64,000 nucleotides of DNA. It comes from Thermoplasmatota archaeon. Its GTDB lineage: Archaea > Thermoplasmatota > JAKEGO01. Of the stretch, positions 57,286 to 64,000 are shown piece by piece. Every line of letters begins with the position of its first letter. Positions within the stretch are counted from its first letter, which is position 1. The translations under genes and the position numbers were made by a program. The notes under the pieces were generated by a model. The model saw only the letters and a program-made list of their open reading frames with translations, ran no database searches and was not told the origin of the DNA. The stretch spans positions 63,713-127,712 of the forward strand of contig JANQNK010000008.1 of NCBI GenBank assembly GCA_028279595.1. The letters run 5' to 3'.

Positions 57286-58410
57286 TCACCGACGGATCTC
57301 GTGCTTCGGCGGGAGCTCGTGTCTCTCAGGTTCATGCTCCCTTTCCGGTTCGTCGTACCACTTCTTGTCATCGGAACGTTCTGGTCCCCGATCGTCGCCG
57401 CGGCCGTGTCCCATCTCGTCCCTCGGGTCCCGGTCCCTCTCGTCGAATCCGCGGTCGAAGTCCCGATCGTCGGATCGTCTCTCCCGGCGTTCGGGTTCGT
57501 CGCGACGGTCGTGATTACGGTCGTCGAGACGCCGGTCGTCATAGCCACGGTCATCACGATATTCGTCCCTGGGCCCATCCCGGGGATCGTCCCTATAATG
57601 TCGGTCGTCCCTCCTCCTATCATCCCGGTAATCCCTTTCGTCACGGCGATGGTCGCGCCTGTCATCCGGGCGGGGCCTGGACCTACGTTCGTCGTACCCG
57701 CGGCGTGGGGTCCGGGTCAAGGCCCGGTCCATCTTCGATGCGCTTCTGAAGGCCAGCAGGGCCAGGACCGATGCGATACCGCCCATGATGAAGAGGAAGA
57801 AGCCCCAGTTCGGATACCAGTCGCCGAGGTCGCCGTCGCCCTGGAAGGATTCCCAGGGACCATCGCTGGTCGGAGGATCCTCCCAGTCCTCGTTGTAGGC
57901 ATCCACATGGGCAGTGGAATAGTACGCCGCACCGCCGAAGGATACGAGGATGCTGATGATGATCAGCAACATGATGAGCTTCTCGAACCCATCGCTGCGG
58001 TATCTCTGGAAGCCAGACATCAGCATCAGCAGGAAGGTTAGTCCGGCGATGCCGACAGCGGTGTAGATGACATCCACGAATCCCAGGTAGAACTTGCCGA
58101 CCTCGGTATCATCGTAATAGGCCCAGTCACGGACCGGTTCGTCGGCGCCGTGGTTAACCACGTAATCTGAATATTCGTCCCTGTCGCCGAGGTCGCTCTC
58201 GATGGTGTACCACGGAGCGTAGATCGAGCCGATCAGGAATCCCATGGCGAAGAACATGAAGACCGTCGCGATTACATACCTCGATGAGGCCCGCCCCTTG
58301 AAGCCCCGGCCGCTCGCTCCGTGGACCGGCGCTCCGCACCTCGCGCATTCGTACGAATCAGCACGTATCCTCTTTCCGCAATTCTGACAGAAGATCGTAT
58401 CCCGTTCCAT
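57286..58410 (-). CDS. Zinc-ribbon plus 4-TM membrane protein with an Arg/Asp-rich tail
   Basis: CQNC...CARC; 'YAPWY'; C-terminal RDDRR-like repeats. Confidence 0.8.
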   Translation of the reverse strand: MERDTIFCQNCGKRIRADSYECARCGAPVHGASGRGFKGRASSRYVIATVFMFFAMGFLIGSIYAPWYTIESDLGDRDEYSDYVVNHGADEPVRDWAYYDDTEVGKFYLGFVDVIYTAVGIAGLTFLLMLMSGFQRYRSDGFEKLIMLLIIISILVSFGGAAYYSTAHVDAYNEDWEDPPTSDGPWESFQGDGDLGDWYPNWGFFLFIMGGIASVLALLAFRSASKMDRALTRTPRRGYDERRSRPRPDDRRDHRRDERDYRDDRRRDDRHYRDDPRDGPRDEYRDDRGYDDRRLDDRNHDRRDEPERRERRSDDRDFDRGFDERDRDPRDEMGHGRGDDRGPERSDDKKWYDEPEREHEPERHELPPKHEIRR

Positions 58411-58685
58411 CCGTTCACCCCACGCTCGGATATAGCATGAGTGATTGATAATACTGTTGGGCAAATGATATAAAGGGTGGACCGGAAATAGAGGTTGCAG
58501 AAATATTGATGGCCATGCACTTGCTGGCCAAATCGGACCACTTTTTCCATTAGAATAATCCAATTTGCCTTGAAACTGCCGAAAACATGAGTTTTTTTAA
58601 GAATGAAGTCGAGGTTGTACCATGGACAGTCTTTATATAGGATTAATCGGTTACACATATCCCGAATATGGGAGGGTGGCAAGAC

Positions 58686-59711
58686 ATGGAAAAGATAAGG
58701 GTTCTCCAGGCAATGTTGATATGCGCAGTGTTGGTCGTTACCGCGGTGCCGTTCAGCCTTGTCATGGGAGATGGTTCGACAGGCGGAGTTAACAACGTGG
58801 ATCCGAACTTCACGGAGACGAGCTGCGTTGCGATGACAGTGGTTCCGTCTAGTGTTGATAACAGTGGAACAGACACGATCGAGTTCGACGCGACGTTCTA
58901 CGACGGGAACGGAGACACGGATACCGAGATAAATCAGGGTTCCTGTACCCTGACGGTCTACGAGGGAGCCGACAGTGGCGGCACCCAGATCATACAGTGG
59001 ACCGGCACCTGGGACGTAGCCCCGGGCGGTACCGAGTTCGTCCTTGATCCTACGGGAACGCAAGGCGATGGTTACGCATTCCTCGCGGATGCCGCCGGTG
59101 ATACCGATCCCGGTTTCGTATGGACCGTACCGAACACATTGACCGGTAGCGCGGCCGGCGTACAGCATTACGTCGAGCTGGTCATCGTGGATGACGATGC
59201 GGGTTCCGCTTCGAGTGGAGCGAACTTCGACGTCACCGCGGCTATCCAGGTCACTGGTATCTACCAGGACGATGGAACGGCGGTCGACACGACGTCCCCG
59301 TACGACTGGAACTTCCCGGCATCGGATCCGGGTTCGACCGGAGTCAGCTCTGGAGACGGTACCAACGAGTACTGGCTCGTTGTCCAGAACACCGGAAGCG
59401 ATCCGACTGATAGCTTCTCGGTCACGTTCACGGACGACGACTTCACAAGCGTGACGACGTCGGAGACCATCGACATCGATGGCGAGATCGACTTCGAGTA
59501 CTACGAGTCGTCCCAGGCCCCTGGTGGAACTGATGATCCCGACGAGCACGGAAGTACATCGTCGGTCACAGATGATGCGGACGGTATCTGGGCAAACGCC
59601 GACTTCACGGCCCTGAACTACTACATGTGGATCAGGTACGAGATCGATATCCCGACCGTTATCGGAGACGCAAACGATTACACCACAGCGTTCACGGTCG
59701 CCGAGGACTGA
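58686..59711 (+). CDS. Secreted acidic beta-rich protein, paralog of 56142-57206
   Basis: Signal peptide; ends 'WIRYEIDIP....DANDYTTAFTVAED'. Confidence 0.82.
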   Translation: MEKIRVLQAMLICAVLVVTAVPFSLVMGDGSTGGVNNVDPNFTETSCVAMTVVPSSVDNSGTDTIEFDATFYDGNGDTDTEINQGSCTLTVYEGADSGGTQIIQWTGTWDVAPGGTEFVLDPTGTQGDGYAFLADAAGDTDPGFVWTVPNTLTGSAAGVQHYVELVIVDDDAGSASSGANFDVTAAIQVTGIYQDDGTAVDTTSPYDWNFPASDPGSTGVSSGDGTNEYWLVVQNTGSDPTDSFSVTFTDDDFTSVTTSETIDIDGEIDFEYYESSQAPGGTDDPDEHGSTSSVTDDADGIWANADFTALNYYMWIRYEIDIPTVIGDANDYTTAFTVAED

Positions 59712-59862
59712 TCCAGTCCCCGCCTGACCTGGGAACGCATCAAGGCGTACGACCTGATACGCAACCTTGGTATGCCCATTCCAGATGGGTGGTGGCCGAA
59801 CAGGTCACCGAACGGATGGGCAGACCGGTAAAAGGTTATGTACGAGGAGGTCGGTGACTGAT

Positions 59863-62025
59863 ATGATGTTGGGTGGGACCGCACCAAGGCGAATGAGAGC
59901 GAGATGGCTGCTGCCTATTGCCATCCTGCTTGCCCTCGCTCTCCTTCCAGGAGTGGCCGCCCAGGGATCAAGACCGACCGTATCTCACCTTGATGGGCCC
60001 ATTCGTACGGTTTCGATGTACTACGGGGCGGGAGCCTCGGAGACCGATCACTGGGTCGACACGAGCGTTCTGATCAGGAACCAGGATCCCAACGCGACCA
60101 CGTTCTTCATGCTCCAGCCGAACAGCAATGTCTACAACAACGGCAGTGTTGCGAACGGAACGGGTTGGTATCTACGTCTCAGATTGTTCAATTCGAACGG
60201 GACATTGCATACCGACCTCGGTTTCCTGACGGACGATACCGCGGTGGGACACCTGTACCTGAATCCCTTCGAGGTCTATTCGCTACAATCCAGCGTTCAC
60301 GTTCCCCAGGGACTGACCGTCGGATACGAGTACTCGAGCTCGATAACCGTCGGCGGCAGACCCGATTTCGATCCGGAGGAACCGGGTGCGACATCCGTGA
60401 CCAGTTTCAACTTCCGCACCTACATCAACCCGACATTGGCATATTACATCTCGGGGCGAGTGTACCAGCCAGATAGCTGGGAACCGGCCCCTAGTTCTAA
60501 GATAACCCTCACGAACGTCCGGTCGGGCGAAAGCGTTAGCCTCACGGCGGATGGACAGGGACGATACAGCTTCGACCTGATGTCGCTCCCTAGCGGATAC
60601 ATGGACAATGACGAGATCCGGGTAAGGGCGACCAGTGGGTCCCTGGGAGGCTCGAACTCGACCTACGTGAACATCGTCACTACACCCGTCCTGGGCGAGT
60701 ATGGACGGGACTGCGATATATTCCTTCTCGAGGAGGAAGAGGAGGAGTCGTTCTGGGACCTCCTAGCTCTATGGTTCCTGAATTTATTCACATGGATCCT
60801 GATAATAATCATAGTGATCCTCGTTATCCTCATAGTAGTATACAGACAACGGACTCGTGGCAGAGGAACTACCGCCCACGAAAAGGAGCTCGAGGCCGAC
60901 CTCAGCGCCACCCAGAAGGAGGTCAAGGAGCTCAAGCGGAAGATCAGCAGAAAGGACGCCGAGATGGGCAAGAAGAAGATGACCTGGGCACAGGTCAAGC
61001 CCGACGAGGCCGAGGAGGAGCCCGAGGTCAAGGCGAAACCCATCGGGAAACCGGTGAAGAAGCCATCAGCAAAGAAGGCGCCTGTCAAGAAGAGGGCACC
61101 AGCCAAGAGCCCGGCCAAAAAGAAGCGCACACCCCCGGTCGCTCCGGCCGCCGTGGCGACCAAGAAGAAGAAGAAGAAGCGCAAGGTGGTCGAGGAACCG
61201 GAGGAAGAGGTCGACTTCCAGGACGAGCTCGGCAAGGAGATCGACTTCGAGGTGCCGGACTGGCTCGAGAAGAAGATCACCCCGGAGGCGGAGGCGCCTG
61301 CGAAGGACATCGAGGACCAGCCCTGGCTGGTACCGGACGAAGCCGAGCCGGACGAAGCGGTGGTCGATGGCACCGGATTCGAGGTACCGGACTGGCTCGA
61401 GAAGGAGATGGCGACGATACCCGAGGAGAAGGCCTCGAAGGACGTCGGATTCGAGTCGCAGCCCTGGCTGGAGCCCGAGGATGACATCGAACCCGAGGAG
61501 CTGATAGGCGGAGTGGCCGGGCCGGACGATCTGGGGCTCGACCCCGATCTCGAGGAGCCGGTCGACGAGCTGCCCGACATGCCATACGAGGGACCTCCCG
61601 AGGATGAGCCTGCGGAGATGCCCGAACCACCCGAGGAGGCCCCGATCGAGGAGCCTTCGATACCCGAGGAACCGCCGATGGACATCCCGGAAGAGCCCGC
61701 TGATGTAGCGCCACCCGAGAGCGAGACGGAACCGGGATTCGACGATCTGCTCGGAGACCTCGACGAGATCGGTCTTGAGGACGACAGCCACATCGTCGAG
61801 CACGATCTCGACGTCGAGGACACCGGCCCGGAGATCGAGCCCGTTCCTTCGGTGGACGACGAACTGGGCCCGCTCATAGTCGAAGAGGCCCCTCCGGACC
61901 TGGACCTCGGGGACCTGGACACAGATGAGCTGGATGTCGAGCCAGAGGAACCGGAGGCCGACGTCGACAGCGAGTTCCAGGAGAAGGCGAAGGACATAGA
62001 GAAGCTCCTGGACCAGCTCGATTGA
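59863..62025 (+). CDS. Single-pass membrane protein: extracellular domain with a carboxypeptidase-regulatory-like fold and a long Lys-rich then acidic cytoplasmic tail
   Basis: Signal peptide; 'ISGRVY...A...ITL.N......TAD..G.Y.F'; TM; coiled coil; low-complexity tail. Confidence 0.8.
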   Translation: MMLGGTAPRRMRARWLLPIAILLALALLPGVAAQGSRPTVSHLDGPIRTVSMYYGAGASETDHWVDTSVLIRNQDPNATTFFMLQPNSNVYNNGSVANGTGWYLRLRLFNSNGTLHTDLGFLTDDTAVGHLYLNPFEVYSLQSSVHVPQGLTVGYEYSSSITVGGRPDFDPEEPGATSVTSFNFRTYINPTLAYYISGRVYQPDSWEPAPSSKITLTNVRSGESVSLTADGQGRYSFDLMSLPSGYMDNDEIRVRATSGSLGGSNSTYVNIVTTPVLGEYGRDCDIFLLEEEEEESFWDLLALWFLNLFTWILIIIIVILVILIVVYRQRTRGRGTTAHEKELEADLSATQKEVKELKRKISRKDAEMGKKKMTWAQVKPDEAEEEPEVKAKPIGKPVKKPSAKKAPVKKRAPAKSPAKKKRTPPVAPAAVATKKKKKKRKVVEEPEEEVDFQDELGKEIDFEVPDWLEKKITPEAEAPAKDIEDQPWLVPDEAEPDEAVVDGTGFEVPDWLEKEMATIPEEKASKDVGFESQPWLEPEDDIEPEELIGGVAGPDDLGLDPDLEEPVDELPDMPYEGPPEDEPAEMPEPPEEAPIEEPSIPEEPPMDIPEEPADVAPPESETEPGFDDLLGDLDEIGLEDDSHIVEHDLDVEDTGPEIEPVPSVDDELGPLIVEEAPPDLDLGDLDTDELDVEPEEPEADVDSEFQEKAKDIEKLLDQLD

Positions 62026-62072
62026 GATCGGCTGACGAGATTATTTATCACCTGAAACGATTACTTTGAGCC

Positions 62073-62741
62073 ATGCCCAGGACCGTGAAGATACTCGAAG
62101 GCCTTCATGCGGTCGGTGGCAGCGGGATATCCTCCACCGGGGACTGCATGGTATACCTGATCGAGGCCTTCGACGGATACGTCCTGATAGACGCGGGAGT
62201 GGATGCCGGGGCCATCGTGGACAACATCGCATCCATCGGGATCCGTCCGGTGTCGATACAGGCTCTCATCCTGACCCACTGCCACATCGACCATGTCGGC
62301 GGAGCGAAGATGTTCGAGGACCTGGGGGCGGAAGTATTGGCGCACCCGCTGGACGCTGACGCCATCGAGAGCGGGGACCCGGTCAGGCTTGCTCTCGACT
62401 ACTATTCAGTCCTGTACTCGTCCGTTAATGTGACAAGAAAGGTCGAGGACAACGAAAGGCTGTCATACCATCCGTTCGAGATAGAGGTCATACACACGCC
62501 GGGCCACACCCCCGGAAGCATCTCGCTGGCGGTCGAGATGGATGGCCATAAGGTCCTTTTCGGACAGGACATCCACGGACCGTTCAACGATTCCTGGGAT
62601 TCGTCGATACCCGAGTGGAGGAGATCGATGGAACGTCTTATTGACATGGACGCAGACATCCTCTGTGAGGGTCATTACGGCATTATTCGGCCCTCAGAGA
62701 ACGTCCGCGAGTTCATCCAGGGATTCCTCGGGACGTATTGA
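62073..62741 (+). CDS. MBL-fold metallo-hydrolase
   Basis: 'THCHIDHVGG', 'TPGHTPGS', 'QD', 'EGH'. Confidence 0.93.
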   Translation: MPRTVKILEGLHAVGGSGISSTGDCMVYLIEAFDGYVLIDAGVDAGAIVDNIASIGIRPVSIQALILTHCHIDHVGGAKMFEDLGAEVLAHPLDADAIESGDPVRLALDYYSVLYSSVNVTRKVEDNERLSYHPFEIEVIHTPGHTPGSISLAVEMDGHKVLFGQDIHGPFNDSWDSSIPEWRRSMERLIDMDADILCEGHYGIIRPSENVREFIQGFLGTY

Positions 62742-62756
62742 GAGCGCTCCCGACGA

Positions 62757-63812
62757 TCATCTGAAGAAACGTTTCTGACGGCGCAACCTGTACTGGGATG
62801 TGTTCTCGCCGAGCTGTTCGGCCAGCTGTACAAGGGCTTCCCTCTGACGGGGATCGAGCTGCTGCGGGACGTTCACCATGATCCGCACGCGGAGGTCGCC
62901 GCGGTTACCAGCCCTGTCAGGGAATCCCTTTCCATTGAGAAGGAGCTCCTGGCCGACCTGGGTCCCGGCCGGTATCTCCAGGGAGAGGGGTCCGTCGAGG
63001 CCCGATACGACCGTATCGGACCCGAGAGCAGCTTGCGCGAACGAGACATGAGCGTCCGTGATGAGGTCGAGACCGTCCCGTTCGAACTCCGGCTGGTCGC
63101 GTACCCGGACGACGACGAGGAGGTCGCCCGGCTCCCCGCCGAACAGACCGCCGTGGCCGCGGCCCTTTACAGTGATGACCTCGTCGGGCTCCACCCCGAT
63201 GGGGACCTGTACCGGTTCGGCCATCTCCAGCTCCGTCATCCCGTCGCCGCCGCATGCTCCGCAGGGATCGTCGATGATCTTGCCGGTGCCGTTGCACTTG
63301 GTGCAAGGTTCGGACCGGGTCGATATCCCCGAACCGGTCGCCGACCTGAATGTCACCTCCCCCCATCCCCGGCATGATGTGCACATGTGGTAGGCGACCC
63401 CCTGTTCGGCTCCCGTCCCGTTGCAATCCGAACACGCTATCCGGCGTGAGACGGTGGCGTGGGCCTCGGTACCTGTCAGGATGTCCCCGATGTCTATCAT
63501 GACCTCTGTGACGATGTTCTTCCCCCTGCGGGGCCGGTCCTTCTCCCTCTCGGAGAAAACGCTGAAGAGGTCCTCGAATCGGTCAACGACGGCACCGCTA
63601 CCCACCTTCTGGAGAGCGGCGTCGTACTCTAGCCTCTTGACGCTGTCCCTCAGGACCTCGTACGCCTCCACTATCCTCTTGAAGGTCTCGGCCGCTTCGC
63701 TGGAGGGATTCCTGTCCGGATGGTACTGTCTCGCCAGCTCCCTGTAGGCCTTCCTGATCCTCCTGTCGGAGGCGTCCCTGTCGAGGCCGAGAACGGTGTA
63801 ATGGTCTTCCAT
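62757..63812 (-). CDS. dnaJ: DnaJ chaperone (J-domain, Zn finger, C-terminal domain; short G/F region)
   Basis: 'YHPD'; four CxxCxGxG motifs. Confidence 0.93.
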   Translation of the reverse strand: MEDHYTVLGLDRDASDRRIRKAYRELARQYHPDRNPSSEAAETFKRIVEAYEVLRDSVKRLEYDAALQKVGSGAVVDRFEDLFSVFSEREKDRPRRGKNIVTEVMIDIGDILTGTEAHATVSRRIACSDCNGTGAEQGVAYHMCTSCRGWGEVTFRSATGSGISTRSEPCTKCNGTGKIIDDPCGACGGDGMTELEMAEPVQVPIGVEPDEVITVKGRGHGGLFGGEPGDLLVVVRVRDQPEFERDGLDLITDAHVSFAQAALGSDTVVSGLDGPLSLEIPAGTQVGQELLLNGKGFPDRAGNRGDLRVRIMVNVPQQLDPRQREALVQLAEQLGENTSQYRLRRQKRFFR

Positions 63813-63890
63813 GGTATGGGCGGGATATTGACAGTATGACTATTTAATGGGTTACCCGTGCGGACCGTTCCGTGAGGGGTGGTTGGAAAT

Positions 63891-63932
63891 GAAAAGAAAA
63901 AAAAGGGGGGGAGAGGCGCTTGCGCGCCTCCC
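63891..63932 (-). terminator. Hairpin plus U-tract terminator
   Basis: Minus strand aggcgc-GCAA-gcgcct followed by a C-run and a long T-run, just after a stop codon. Confidence 0.6.
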
Positions 63933-63953
63933 TTGTTCTTTGCCTCTGCCGAC

Positions 63954-64000
63954 TCAGTCCTCTTCGCTCTTCCGGCGGACAACTACCACGACTGCTGCTA
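63954..64000 (-). CDS. C-terminus of a membrane-anchored protein (truncated by the window end)
   Basis: Reads ...AAVVVVVRRKSEED*. Confidence 0.5.
   Translation of the reverse strand, partial: AAVVVVVRRKSEED

Noticed and set aside
56142-59711. Diversity-generating retroelement TR/VR pair
   Set aside because: There is no reverse transcriptase, both copies are full ORFs, and differences are not confined to adenines.

Overview
A 64-kb GC-rich archaeal chromosome segment, probably from Thermoplasmatota (Alba, rpl21e-rpoF-DUF655, archaeal ProRS/AspRS, RFC-L, DUF5611). It holds housekeeping genes, many secreted or membrane-anchored surface proteins (S8 and C25 proteases, a 14.5-kb four-gene beta-propeller operon, an archaeosortase) and three host tRNAs: Leu-TAG, Arg-TCG and Leu-CAG. 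The main finding is a ~5.3-kb, mostly AT-rich island at the 3' end of tRNA-Arg(TCG), bounded by a 14-bp direct repeat. It carries a tyrosine integrase with one in-frame stop, two RHH-type proteins and a fourth, intact tRNA with a tRNA-Leu body but the alanine anticodon CGC, making it a candidate GCG Ala->Leu mistranslating tRNA. The second finding is a family of ~140-160-bp structured elements (types A and B) found behind tRNA genes at two loci. They have covarying hairpins and each ends in a copy or mimic of a tRNA 3' end. All calls come from reading the sequence and motifs; no database searches or folding programs were run.
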